Shown here: piece after piece, positions 23,841 to 37,481 of the stretch
Layout: every line of letters starts with the position of its first letter
Position numbering within the stretch: the first letter of the stretch is position 1
NCBI GenBank assembly: GCA_964016885.1
Contig: OZ024741.1
Span: 359,538,001 to 359,602,000 of the forward strand
Length of the DNA: 64,000 bases
Origin: Eledone cirrhosa
Lineage: Eukaryota
Reading direction: 5' to 3'
The notes under the pieces: generated by a model
Database searches by the model: none
What the model was told of the DNA's origin: nothing
The model's input: only the letters and a program-made list of their open reading frames with translations
Position numbers and translations under genes: made by a program

Positions 23841-24301
23841 ATACATACATGGTGGCTGCCAACTCGTTTTCGAGTATGGCCACTACTTTATATCCATGTA
23901 GAAGAACCCCTACCGATGCGCTGTACGAGTGTGACTTTTTAGTCCAGCCAGCGACTTGAAAACTCTGGTACAAACACTACACTTGAGACAATTATTGACA
24001 CATTGTGCTGGGCCCTTGGTACCATGTGACGACAAGTGCAGAGAGATCTCCAGATATAAAGCAATGCCTGTGCCGTGAAGCTTTTATAGTGAGCAAAGGT
24101 ACTGCACAAAGCCAGTCCCACTCTCTTAACCAAGATGATATTTACCAAAAAGAAGAACAAGTCAACATCATTGGATACCATCAGGGTTGCAGGTGTTATA
24201 TCAGAGTTTTCCTTCTCCTAGAATTCTGCCTTGACAAAGGCTAAGGGGTCATCTCTCCCAGTGATTTTGGATGGCCATTGACTCTTAAGAGCTCTTTTGC
24301 C
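23840..24301 (-). mobile_element. Non-autonomous retroelement (family G), copy 1
   Basis: Near-identical to 25131-25594; remnant CTRVFKSLAGLKSH..AH zinc finger; (ATGT)n tail. Confidence 0.7.
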
Positions 24302-24404
24302 CATACATACATACATACATACATACATACATACATACATACATACATACATACATACATACATACATACATACATACATACATGCATGCATGCATACAT
24401 AGAT

Positions 24405-25130
24405 TTATCCGAACAGCAATGTTACATGGTAGTGAGACCTGGGCGCTGAAGGTGGAAGACTTACGTAGATTAGAAAGAAACAAAGCCTGCATGCTCCGAT
24501 GGATGTGTAATAGTAATATACGCGAACGGCAAAGCATAAATGAATTGAAAGAGAGACTGAGCATAAGAGGAATCAAATGTGCAGGAGAGGCGGATGTGTT
24601 GGTATGGACATGTGATGCGTATGAAGGATGACAGTTGCATAAAATGTTGCAGAGCACTAGAAGTCAATGGAAACTGCGGAGTGGGGAGACCCAAGAAGAC
24701 CTGGGATGAGGTGATAAAAGCCGACCTTACCCAATTACAACTCCAAACGCGATGACACACGACCGTGACCTCTGGCGTCACACAGTAATACAGAGTACCC
24801 GACCTCCCATGGGTACAAGCTGAAGCATATAGACAATATGCCCCCCCCCCCCTCCCACACTGCAAAGTGGTCGTGGAGGTGCCACGGCAAAAAAGCACCC
24901 AGCCCACACTGTAAAGTGGACGTGTAGGCGCACGGAAAAAAGCACCCAGCACTCACTGTAAATGAGGTTGGTGTTAGGAAGGGCATCCAGCTGTAGAAAT
25001 CAAGCCAAAATCAGTTCCTGTATGAGCAAGGCATGGTCAGCCGACTGGACACTGCCCACAACAGGACAACCCGTCTAACCCATGCTAGCATGGAAGAACG
25101 GACGTAAAACGGTGATGATGATGATGATGA
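24405..25130 (+). mobile_element. RTE LINE 3' fragment (subfamily B)
   Basis: IRTAMLHGSETW; 3'UTR as at 43330-43632. Confidence 0.92.
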
Positions 25131-25751
25131 TACATACATACATGGTGGCTGCCAACTCGTTTTCGAGTATGGCCACTACTTTATATCCATGTAGGAGAAC
25201 CCCTACCGATGCGCTGAATGAGTGTGACTTTTTAGTCCAGCCAGCGACTTGAAAACTCTGGTACAAACACTACACTTGTGACAATTATTGACACATAGTG
25301 CTGGGCCCATGGTACCATGTGACGACAAGTGCAGAGAGATCTCCAGATATAAAGCAATGCCTGTGCTGTGAAGCTTTTATAGTGAGCAAAGGCACTGCAC
25401 AAAGCCAGTCCCACTCTCTTAACCAAGATGATATTTACCAAAAAGAAGAACAAGTCAACATCATTGGAAACCATCAGGGTTGCAGGTGTTATATCAGAGT
25501 TTTCCTTCTCCTAGAATTCTGCCTTGACAAAGGCTAAGGGGTCATCTCTCCCGGTGATTTTGGATGGCCATTGACTCTTAAGAGCTCCTTTGCCCTTTGA
25601 CAGGTTTTGTTTTTAGTCCTGCAGGATGTCCAAAGTCACCCTCCTCACCAAGAAACCTTGGTGGGGTTGCCAGTTTAGTCGCCGACGACCCGACCATGGG
25701 ACAGGTTGTACTGGGATACATGTTACCAGTAGCATCAACTGGTGACCTGAC

Positions 25752-25752
<1 letters not shown>
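25131..25752 (-). mobile_element. Non-autonomous retroelement (family G), longer copy 2
   Basis: As copy 1 plus ~155 bp of extra 5' sequence; (TACA)n at both ends. Confidence 0.7.
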
Positions 25753-26367
<615 letters not shown>

Positions 26368-27178
26368 CAAATACAAGGGTGGGCTGAATAGTTCAAAGGG
26401 TGGCTATGAAGGAGTGATGGTAGAGCTGTAAAATCTTGCATGCATTAATTTCAACTCTTCTTATTAATAACTGCATTGTTAAAAAATAAACCTCATTTGG
26501 TCATTCCATGTTATATCAAGTGAATTTAAGTTATATCAATCTTATCAAATAATGATTAACTTATGTTTAAAAATTCTGTTCTCATATTTTGCAAGTTTAA
26601 CACATATGGGTATTTTCTCTCAAAGTTTCTTCTTATATATGTTTTCATGTAGTGAAGGTAAAGTTCAACAAGTCATCGTTCAGTTGAATTCTAGAAACTT
26701 CTATTGATTTTTTTAATAAGAATACAGTGATAAAGGAGATTAACAGCTTAACAGCTTCCAAAATACAATAACAGACATTTATTGTAACAAATATACAAAT
26801 ATTTATTTCGTTGGATTAAAGAAAAAATGTGTGCTTTTCTGTTTTTCTTTTTTTACCTGTATATACACACACATGATATATGTGTGTGTGTGACTTTAAA
26901 ATAATCTTGAACTTTTGTCACAATAGAACCCACAAACAACAGAACATAATAGTGTCATCTGGTTCTTTATTTTGAATAGGAAAAAGAAATTCAAACTTCC
27001 CCAGGGTAAAACAATGACTCTGTCACTCACTGGGTTAACTCCTTTCACACCAACAAAGCTAGATTCATTCAGTTTGACAACTTTTAACTTTTAGCCATTG
27101 ATCTCAACATGGGTTGAAAATCCTATATAAGTGAAACATGTGTCCTCAAGTTTGATTTGGTAATTGTTGTAGAATTAA

Positions 27179-27251
<73 letters not shown>

Positions 27252-27297
27252 ATATACGAAAGTGTGCAGTTACAAGGAAAATGACAATTATAAAAAT

Positions 27298-27481
27298 ATA
27301 ATTGTTTCTACTTTAGGCACAAGGCCAGCAATTACCCAGTTCATTACTGGTACTTTATTTTATCGACCCCATAAGGATGAAAGGCAAAGTCAACCTCGGC
27401 GGGATTTGAACTCAGATCGTAAAGGGACGTAACTATGCTGGAAAGCATGGCGTCCGACTCTCTACCGATACTGCCAATCCA
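27298..27481 (-). mobile_element. tRNA-related SINE with gcctttcatcc..ggtcgataaaat central domain
   Basis: A box TGGCAGTATCGG, B box GAGTTCAAATCC; further copies at 51352-51538, 54346-54572 and 58042-58232. Confidence 0.85.
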
Positions 27482-27534
27482 AAAAGAGAATGCAAAAGTA
27501 ATATGTAAACTGGTTTTATTAATTTAATTACCTT

Positions 27535-28079
27535 AAAGATGGGATGATTTGTGTGTGAGGAAGACAATGGAGCAGGAAGGAGGAGAATCTCCTTTCATTA
27601 AGACTTCAGGAAGAACAATTTCTGGTGTTTTCTCTCTCATTTAGAAGCATATCAAGAGAAGTCTGCTTTTTCCTGCCTTTCAAAATGTTATGAAAATGTG
27701 CCAGAGCACCGTCATTAAATAAAGCAGCTGCACGACCTGTAGATACTTTTTCAGGATAATTTTTTTTCTATAAATTCAGAAACATTGTGCCACTTTGCCA
27801 ACACTGCCTTTATGTCACTCCTAGAGATAGCCTTCTCCACTACAATGTCCTCCTCCGGGGAACCAATTTCTTCCACTAATTATTATAAAATAATAGCAAA
27901 AAACACACCAAACTAAAAAAACAAAAACAATAGGGATGCTGCCATGGGATAAACACCTGACTAGCAGTCGTTCGTATGAAACTGCAGATTTCCACTACAA
28001 GACAAAAATTTGCACAAGCCTCGGCTCATATTCCAAATTTACTCGTACAATGGGGCACTCGTACTGCAAGGTTCTACTG
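27535..28079 (-). mobile_element. Internally deleted pogo/Tigger element
   Basis: TIR TA-CAGTAGAACCTTG at 28067-28081; remnant EFIEK.YPEK..RA..LFND..L.HF..ILKGRKKQTSLD. Confidence 0.7.
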
Positions 28080-28089
28080 TATATATACA

Positions 28090-29367
28090 CATGAGATTTG
28101 TCTCAAAATTAAGAGTTATTTAAATATATGCTAGATGTACATGAAATTACAAGTTATCTCTTTTAAAATATAACCCTTGCGAAGTCACACAGTGGTTCCA
28201 ACATTTTTTCCATTGATCGTAGCAGTACCGGAAGTCATTTTCTGTGAGTGACATTAGCTCATCGGTTACTATTTTTTGTATGTTTTCTGCAGACACAAAA
28301 TGATGTCCCTTCAACTTTTATTTCAACTTAGCGAAGAGGTAGAAATCACACAGAGCTAGATCTGGGCTGTAGGGAGGATGTAGAAGAGTGGGAATGTTTT
28401 TCTTTGCCATAAATTCTCTAAATGAAAGTGCTGTGTGAGCAGGCTCATTATCATGGTACAGTATCCAATCTCTTGCATTGTCCTTTCAGACTCACTGGAC
28501 CCATTTTCGAAATTGTTCCAAGACATCTTTGTAGAAGGTGTGATAACTGTCTGTCCTGGAGGTAAATATTCTTTGTGAACAATACCATGGCTGTCAAAAA
28601 TAATTATAATTATCATTTTCACCCTGCTTACATGTGTTTTCTTAAGCCAAGGAGAATTTTTCAGGTGCCACTCCTCACTTTGCCATTTTATCTCTGTATC
28701 ATACTTGAACACTCATGATTGATCTCCTGTTGGCTCAGTTTCGAGTCTTTCTAGCAAACCCTGACAAATTTCCAATTGGTTCACTTTTTGCTCCACAAAC
28801 AAGTGTTTAGGCACTAGTTTTGCCGAAATTTCTCACATGTGCAAATAGTCTGTTAAAATTCTGTGGGCTGTATTTGTATCCAAGCCTGATTCTCCTGCAA
28901 TCATCCTAACATGTATTCAGCAATCTTTCACCATCACCACTCAAACCACTTTCACATTATGTTCATTTGTTGACGAGATTGGCCTTCCAGATTGAGATTG
29001 TCTTCAAGATTTTTTCGGCCCTCTTTGAAAGCTTTGTGCCACTTAAAAATCTTATTTCTCAATAGAATGGCATCACCATAAGCATGTGTTATAGAATTAA
29101 ATGTTTCAGTGGCAGATTTGTTGAGTTTCACACAAAATTTGATTGTATAAAATAGTTCAACATTTTCCTGCATTCCAAACATAACACACGTTACAAACAC
29201 ATCTATACATAACAATAACTCATGACTAACTCAATTGATCATGTTGCACAAGTATATATGTGTAGCCAAAATCATAATCAACATGCCTATATACATCAAC
29301 AATGTGCTACTTTGATGTGTCGTACATAGGAAATCAGTATCCTTACTTTTGGGACAAACCTAGCATG
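28090..29367 (-). mobile_element. Degenerate mariner transposon
   Basis: IKFCVKL.KS..ET, IFKWHK.F..GR and YSPDLA.CDFYLF; imperfect TIRs 28090-28115 and 29341-29367. Confidence 0.88.
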
Positions 29368-29374
29368 TATATAT

Positions 29375-30002
29375 TTAACGAAGGGTATAAGAAATTAATT
29401 AGATGATTATATGTGGTTATTAGAAATGATTATAACATGAATAATAAGAATAAATGATTTGGTTTATATATGGTTTACTTCATGTGAATCAATTAAAAAG
29501 TACAATAAAACAAGTTACCAAGAGTTGCGAGGGTTCACAATGTCATTTTGTTGTTAATGTGAAAACAGCGAGCGACCAGATAAAATTTGTTGGTGGTTAA
29601 AGTTTGTTGCAGTCGTCATAGTAGTTTTCATCGTGAGTCTGAGACCATAGTGAGTGAGAGATAGTAATGGTCTGTAATTGATTGTAGACCACTGTGGCTT
29701 GTAGATAGTGGAATATCTTTACATAGTTTGTTGTGTATCGTAGAGCACAATCTATCTGTTTCTGTAGACCACTGGGGTCTGTTGATAGTGGTGAATCTTT
29801 TATATAGCTTGTTCTGTAGTTGGGTGCTCCGATGTCTCTATATAAATGTGGGATGATACAGGCTTTATATACCTGTCGCTTCCTGCCTCCCACCTTTAGG
29901 GAATAGCCAACGCATCAACCTGTTCACACCAAAAGGGTGGTGACCTAGAATTTGACCTCTAGGTGTCACCCAAGGTTCAAGGTGTGGACAGATCTCGCTA
30001 TA
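29375..30002 (-). mobile_element. Possible solo-LTR-like repeat
   Basis: Terminus homologous to 2550-2600; TATATAAA on the minus strand near 29864-29871; left boundary uncertain. Confidence 0.35.
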
Positions 30003-31029
30003 TATATACCACTAAGTAATAAGACACCAAAATTCCAAGTCTTCCCATTTTACCTTTGCGCTGACAATACAACAAAACAAATACGAATAAATAAGGAAAA
30101 TATGTTTATTCAAAAATATAGACCAGCATTAAATATGGTTTAATATACATTATGTCAACACCATAACATGCTAACCATCCAAACAGACACATACGCACAC
30201 ACATAACACCTTCTACTTTAGAAAATAAAATCCCGAACTAAATAAACCTTAACATACGTTTGCACTGACAATACAACAGAACAAATACGAATAAGTAAGG
30301 AAAATATGTTCATTCAAAAATATTCCTACTAACGGAATCATTTTCCTACACACACACACACATAAAATATATATTCTCTTCATCTTAACATGTTAACCAT
30401 ACTCCCACACACACAACTCCCTCCCCCATTTCTACTAATAGAATCACTTTCCTACACACACACACACACACACACAAAATATATATATTCTCTCCATCTT
30501 AACATACTCCCACACACACATAACACCCATATACACACACACACAACTCCCTCCCCCATTTCTACCAATAGAATCATCTTCCTATACACACACACACACA
30601 CACAAACACACAAATAAACATACATATATCTACTTTCTTTATTTCAATAGAAAATCTGAACTCTGACACCCCAGCGAACTAGCCATATTCACTGAACCAG
30701 AACAATTCTCCCATCCCATTTCTCTTGACCATTCTTTTGCTTGTCATAAAATTTTCTAAATGGCTACAAAATAAATAATACGGGCGCGGAACTTGTTCAC
30801 GTGACAGTCATAATTTCATTTATAACCAATCAAATTGCATTTTTTAAAAAAAGCCTTCCTGAGCCACTTTTTTTATTGTCATAAAATTCTCTAAAAGGCT
30901 ACAAAACAAATTCCGAAATACAGGCGCAAAATTTAATGAACTTGTTCACGTGACAGCCATAATTTCATTTATAACCAATCAGATTACATTTTTTTAGAAA
31001 AAGCCTTCGTGAGCCCCTTTTTTTAATTA

Positions 31030-31097
31030 AAAAGTAATTCAAACACTCATATATGAAAAAAGTAATTCAAACACTCATATATGAAAAAAGTAATTCA
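31030..31097. repeat. 27-bp tandem repeat, ~3 units
   Basis: aaaagtaattcaaacactcatatatga repeated; a ~130-bp duplication lies at 30740-31022. Confidence 0.85.
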
Positions 31098-31329
31098 AAC
31101 ACTCATATATGAAAAAACAACCTGAGGACAACCTGAGGACACCCTCCCTCCTTGTTTGAAGAACTTTCTAACGCGAACTGGTGCGAAATTTATTATACTT
31201 ATTGACCAACCAATCAAATTACTTCTCTAAAAACCTGGCGTTTCGAGCCACTTTTTTCCATATAAAACAAGCAACATTCAAAGACCAACCAGATGTGAGA
31301 AAAACCACAGACCCTCCATCTCAACTCTA

Positions 31330-31365
31330 CTTTTGAAAAGCAGAAGAACTGCGAAACTGGTAAAG
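31330..31365 (+). ncRNA. Minimal type I hammerhead, U3-A8 core variant
   Basis: ctt-TTGAAAA-gcag.aagaa.ctgc-GAAA-ctgg-TA-aag, followed by AATAAA. Confidence 0.55.
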
Positions 31366-31518
31366 GAACCAAATAAATATATATAATTTTTTTAAAAATA
31401 AGACTCCAGTTGCATTTTCGATTTCATCTTTTTTTCTTTATACTTTCACTCGTGTAGGACACCTCGGTTATTTTTCATTTTGTAAAAAAACCTCACTTTC
31501 TAATATATATATATATAT

Positions 31519-33757
31519 CGAGGACCAAAAACGTGAGGTCTTCAGGATTGCTAGGCAATGTGTCAAGGAAAACCGTGATATTGTCGGGGAGAAGTGTGTC
31601 CTTAATGATGATGGTGTACTTGCCATCACTGACGCTAATAAGAAGGTAGCTTGGAAGTGTCACTACGAAAGGCTACTAAATGAGGAGAATAAATGGGAGA
31701 AAGACAGTCTCCCCCACATCAATCCAATAGAGGGACCAGCAGTGCAAGTTGAAGGTAGTATAATAAGTAAAGCGATCAAAGATATGAAAACAGGCAAGGC
31801 AGCTGGGCCTTCGGAAATAGTTGCTGAAATGCTGGAACGGTGGGACACACTATCATCACCTGGATAGTAAACCAAGTCATACAGAATGGGGTCATTCCGA
31901 AGGATTGGCGTAGCAGCATCATCATTAACTGCTACAAGGGTAAAGGAGATGCCCTAGATAGGGGAAACTATAGAGGCATTAAATTAATTGACCAGGTCAT
32001 GGAGGTTACAGAAAAAGTAATAGCGCAACTAATCAGAGAGCGAATTGATCTAGATGAAATGCAGTTCGGGTTTGTGTTAGGTAAAAGTACCACAGACACT
32101 CTTTTCATTGTACGACAACTACAGGAGAAGTACCTAGCTAAAAGTAAACCCCTATACTTAGCTTTTGTTGACTTGGAGAAAGCCTTTGACAGAGTCCCCC
32201 TCTCCATTATCTGGTGGGCTCTTAGAAAACTAGGTGTTGATGAATGGCTTGTGAGAGCTATACAAGCCATGTATAAAGAAACAATCAGCAAGGTTAGAAT
32301 TAACAACGAGTATAGTGAAGTGTTTAGCATAAAAGTTGGTGTTCATCAGGGCTCCGTCCTTAGCCCCATACTATTTATTATTTATAACAGAGGAGTTCAA
32401 GACCGGCTGCCCATGGGAACTCCTATACGCAGATGATCTAATGCTCATAGCTGAATCAATTGCTGAACTAGAGAAGAAATTCCAAACATGGAAGCATGGC
32501 CTAGAATCAAAAGGCCTTAAAATTAACCTGTCTAAGACTAAAGTTCTAGTTTGTAGGAAGGAAAATAGGGCACTGGTCCCATCTGGGAAATGGCCATGCT
32601 CAGTGTGTAGGAAAGGAGTAGGCAGAAACTCCATTTTATGTCCCAAATGCAAAGTATGGGTGCATAAAAGATGTAGTGGAATCACAGGTAAGCTAACTAA
32701 GAATATAGATTTTATATGTGGCCGGTGCTCAGGTGCAATAAGTAGCAGCAAGTGCCCACGGAATGCTAGCTCATTCCATTGCACAGATGGTTCTATAGAA
32801 ATAGTGGACACCTTCTGTTACCTGGGTGACAAAATCAGCAGTGGTGGAGGGTGCTCTGAAAGTACAGTAGCTAGAGTCAGAACGGGATGGAAAAAGTTCA
32901 GAGAGCTTATACCACTATTGGCCGCTAAAGGTTTCTCTAAAAATGAAAGGCAGGCTGTATGATGCCTGCATACAAACAGCAATGTTACATGGCAGTGAGA
33001 CTTGGGCATTGTGTGCAGAGGATAAACGCAGACTGGAGAAACGCAGCTTGCATGCTCCGTTGGATGTGTAATAGTAATATACGTGAACGGCAAAGCATAA
33101 ATGAACTAAGGGAGAAATTAGGAATAAGAGGGATCAGATGTTGTTTACTCGAGAGAAGGCTATGTTGGTATGGTCACATGATGCGCATGAAAGATGACAG
33201 CTGTATAAAAAAGTGCAGGGCGATAAAAATAGACGGTAGCCACGGAGTAGGCAGACCCAGAAAAACCTGGGACGACTTGATAAATTCCAACCTCACACAC
33301 TTACACCTCTCCAAGATAATGTCACTGGACCGAGATCTTTGGCGCTACACAGTAATACAGAAGACCCGCCTTGCCTAAGTGCAAAGTGAAACCTACTACA
33401 GTCAGTAGGCACATCTTAACAAAATACACCCCTGTCCCACTACCCCACCCCATCCACACCACCCCTTTCGATGTAAAGTTATGTTGGTACCACAACATCC
33501 AGTCTGAAATAAATGAGGTCGTCACGACAAAAAAACACACAGTCCACGCTGTAATGTCGGTAACACGGTAAAAACCTCCCAGTCCACACTGTAAACGTGG
33601 TTGGTGTTAGGAAGGGCATCCAGCCGTAGAAAACCCGCCAGACAGTCCTATACGATCAAGACAACCAATCTTGCCTCAAGTGGGAAAATTCCCGTCCAAA
33701 CCCATGCAAGCGTGGAAGATGAACGTTAAACGATGATGATGATGATGATGATGATGA
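31519..33757 (+). mobile_element. 5'-truncated RTE LINE (subfamily C), frameshifted
   Basis: ORFs 31840-32436, 32336-32962 and 32959-33378 carry RT motifs; (ATG)n tail. Confidence 0.94.
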
Positions 33758-33789
33758 TATATATACTTGACATGGTAATATATAGCAGT

Positions 33790-34215
33790 AGGAAGACTTG
33801 GGATGAGGTGATAAAAGCTAAACTTGCCCAATTGCACCTCTCAAAGGTGATGACACATGACCGGGATCTCTGGCGATACGCAGTAATACAAAAGACCCAA
33901 CTTCCCACGAACACAAGCTGAAGCATATGTACAGTACTGCCCCACCCGAGCCTACACTGTAAAGTTGACATGTAAAAGATACGGCAAAAAGCACTCAGTC
34001 TACACTGTAGAGTAGACGTGTAAAAACACAGCAAAAAGCACCCAGCACACACTCTCAATGTGGTTGGCGTTAGGAAGGGCATCCAGCCATAGAAAACCAG
34101 CCAGAAACACCCCTATATGAGCGAGACACGGTCACCTGACCCAACTTGCCTCTAAATGGGACCCATCTAACCCATGCAAGCATGGAAGATAGAAGTTAAT
34201 CGATGATGATGATGA
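33790..34215 (+). mobile_element. RTE 3' fragment (B-like)
   Basis: RKTWDEVIKA; repeated 3'UTR units; (ATG)n tail. Confidence 0.85.
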
Positions 34216-34337
34216 TATATAGATATAGATAGACATATATATGTATATATATATACATACAAATATTTATACATATATATGTATGTGTATATATGTATGT
34301 ATATATATATACATATACACACACACACATATATATA

Positions 34338-36352
34338 TCATCATCATCATCATCATCATCAACGTTTAACGTCCGTGTTCCACGCTTGCATGGGTTTGGA
34401 CGGGGGTTTCCCACTTGAGTCAAGAGTGATTATCTTGCTCGCATAGGACTATCTGGCGGGTTTTCTACAGCTGGATGCCCTTCCTAACACCAACCACATT
34501 TACAGTGTGGGGCTGGGAGGTTTTTACCGTGTTGCCTACACGGCCACATTACAGCGTGAACTGTGTGTTTTTTTTATGTGACACCTACACGATCTCATTT
34601 GTTTCGGCCTGGATGTTGTGGAACCAACATAACTTTACATTGAAAGGGGCGGTGTGGATGGGGTGGGGGTGGTGGGACGGGGGTGTATTTTGTTAGAGAT
34701 GCCTACTGACTGTAGTAGGTTTTACTTTGTATTTAGGTAACGCGGGTCTTCTCTATTACTGAGTACCGCCAAAGGTCTCGGTCCAGTGACATTGTCTTGG
34801 TGAGGTGTAAGTGTGTGAGGTCGGAATTTATCAGCTCGTCCCAGGTTTTTCTGGGTCTGCCTATTCTGTGGCTACCGTCTATCTTTATTGCCCTGCACTT
34901 TGTTATACATCTATCATCCTTCATGCGCATCACGTGACCATACCAACGTAGCCTTCTCTCGAGTAAACAACATCTGATCCTTCTTATTTCTAATTTTTTC
35001 CTTAGTTCGTTTATGCTTTGCCGTTCACGTATATTACTATTACACATCCAGCGGAGCATGCAAGCTTTGTTTCTCTCTAGTCTGCGTATATCCTCTGCAC
35101 ACAATGCCCAGGTCTCACTGCCATGCAACATTGCTGTTCGTATGCAGGCATCGTACAACCTGCCTTTCATTTTTAGGGAGAACCCTTTAGCGGCTAATAG
35201 TGGTATAAGCTCTCTGAACTTTTTCCATCCAGTTCTGACTCTAGCTACTGTACTTTCAGAGCACCCTCCCCCACTAATGATTTTGTCACCTAGGTAACGG
35301 AAGGTGTCCACTATTTCTATAGAACCCTCTTCGCAGTTGAAAGAGCTAGTATTTTGTGGGCACTTGTTGCTACTTATTGCACCAGAGCACCGGCCACATG
35401 TAAAATCTATGTTCTTAGTTAGCTTACCTGTGATCCCACTACATCTTTTATGCACACATACTTTGCATTTGGGACACAAAATGGAGTTTCTACCTACACC
35501 TTTCCTACACACTGAGCATGGCCACTTCCCGGAAGGGACCGCCGCCTTATTTTCTTTCTTACAAACTAGAACTTTAGTCTTAGCCAGGTTAATTTTAAGG
35601 CCTTTTGATTCTAGGCCGTGCTTCCATGTTTGGAATTTCTTCTCTAGCTCGGCCATTGGTTCAGCTATGAGTGTTAGGTCATCTGCGTATAGGAGTTCCC
35701 ATGGGCAACCGGTCTTGAACTCCTCTGTTATAGCCTGAAGGGCAATAATAAATAGTAGGGGGCTGAGAACAGAGCCCTGATGGACGCCAACTTTTACGCT
35801 AAACTCTTCACTATATTCGTTGTTAATTCTAACCTTGCTGACTGTTTCTTTATACATGGCTTGTATAGCTCTCACAAGCCATTCGTCAACACCTAGTTTT
35901 CTAAGAGCCCACCATATAATGGAACGGGGGACTCTGTCGAAGGCTTTCTCCAAGTCGACAAAAGCTAAGTATAGGGGTTTACTTTTAGCTAGGTACTTCT
36001 CCTGTAGTTGTCGTACAATGAAAAGAGCGTCTGTGGTACTTTTGCCTGACACAAACCCGAACTGCATTTCATCTAGATCAATTCTCTCTCTGATTAGTTG
36101 CGCTATTACTTTTTCCGTGACCTTCATGATCTGGTCGATTAATTTAATGCCTCTATAGTTACTCCTATCTAGGGCATCTCCTTTACCCTTATAACAGTTA
36201 ACGATGATGCTGCTACGCCAGTCCTTCGGAACAACCCCATTCTGTACGACTTGGTTAACTATCCGGGTGACCATGGTGTGTCCCACCGTACCAGATGCCT
36301 TCAGCATCTCGGCAACTATTTCCGAAGGCCCAACCGCCTTACCCGTCTTCAT
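34338..36352 (-). mobile_element. 5'-truncated RTE LINE (subfamily C) with intact 539-aa RT frame
   Basis: ORF 34733-36352 has all RT motifs and the PHD-like finger. Confidence 0.95.
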
Positions 36353-36432
36353 ATATAAATATGTACATATATATACACATACAAATATTTATACATATAT
36401 ATATGTATGTGTATATATGTATATATACATAT

Positions 36433-36461
<29 letters not shown>

Positions 36462-36463
<2 letters not shown>

Positions 36464-36655
36464 GTTTTAATATAGATGAGATTCTACAGGACTAGAACTG
36501 TTTCGTTCATTAGAAATCATCAGGAATCCTGATGATTTCTAATGAATGAAACAGTTCTAGTCCTGTAGAATCTCATCTATATTAAAACTTTTATACTCTG
36601 CTATGTATTGAGTACCTTACTTACTGTGGTTACCTCCGATTCAACCCGGAATAAC

Positions 36656-36657
<2 letters not shown>
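36462..36657. mobile_element. ~195-bp foldback element made of two head-to-head hammerheads
   Basis: Near-perfect palindrome 36462-36589 centred near 36526; tail to 36657; (TA)n on both sides. Confidence 0.85.
36480..36528 (-). ncRNA. Type I hammerhead ribozyme
   Basis: gattc-CTGATGA-t.ttc.taat.gaa.c-GAAA-cag.ttctagtc.ctg-TA-gaatc. Confidence 0.78.
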
Positions 36658-36686
<29 letters not shown>

Positions 36687-37038
36687 TATATTTATATATA
36701 TATAATATACATATATATATGTATATATATTTAGGTCGGTAGAGAGGGAGAGAGAGCAATATACACACATAGGCTTCATTACAATTTATGTCTATAAAAT
36801 TCTCTCACAAATCATTGATCTCTCCATAGCTGTGGTAGAAGACTGGTGTATAGGAAAAGATATAACATACACTGTCTCCTGAAAAGCTTGTTCAGTTTAA
36901 TGGATCAATCAATCAGTCATTCAATCAATAAATATTGAATGAAAATGTATGTTTGCTAAAATATCTGAAATACCTGTAAATATAGATGCACACACACACA
37001 AGTGTCTGTGTGTGTGTTTGTGTGTGTGTATAAATCAG

Positions 37039-37478
37039 AATGGATACAGTAAAAACCTGTTTAGACCATTACTCACCAGAATACTGAAAACTTGAGGCAG
37101 TAGAATATGAAGGATTCGGGACCCGGACGGGTGAGCTACTGAAATAGTTGTTGAAACAGCAGGAGCTCAGCAATTGGGGTCGCGAATCCTTCATATATAT
37201 GTGATATATATATATATAAATATGTGTGTGTGTGTGTATTCCAGGTTCAATCGGGGGTAACCACAGTAATATATATATATATATATATATAGGAAAAGAG
37301 CCAGGAGCCCGACGGCTGAGCTCCGGCCGTTTCAACAGCTAGATCTAGCTGTCGAAACAGCTGGAGCTCAGCCGTCGGGGTCCTGACTCTTTTCCTATTA
37401 CCCACTCTACTACCCTAAGTATCGAGTACTCTGGTGCATTATGGCCCACCTGGTTCCTTACCACACTTCCTTCGTTAT
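37039..37478. mobile_element. Two foldback elements of family D (37039-37195 and 37289-37478)
   Basis: Palindrome 37289-37398 centred on agctagatctagct plus a tail; relatives at 44989-45330 and 47343-47525. Confidence 0.75.
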
Positions 37479-37481
37479 ATA

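Larger units (their letters stand above)
30015..31502 (+). mobile_element. 5'-truncated PLE: endonuclease C-terminus, ~1.35 kb repetitive 3'UTR and terminal repeat
   Basis: FQVFPFY..R..KE..FIQKYRP.LN ending at 30143; internal tandem duplications; hammerhead-like motif near the end; (TA)n flanks. Confidence 0.72.
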
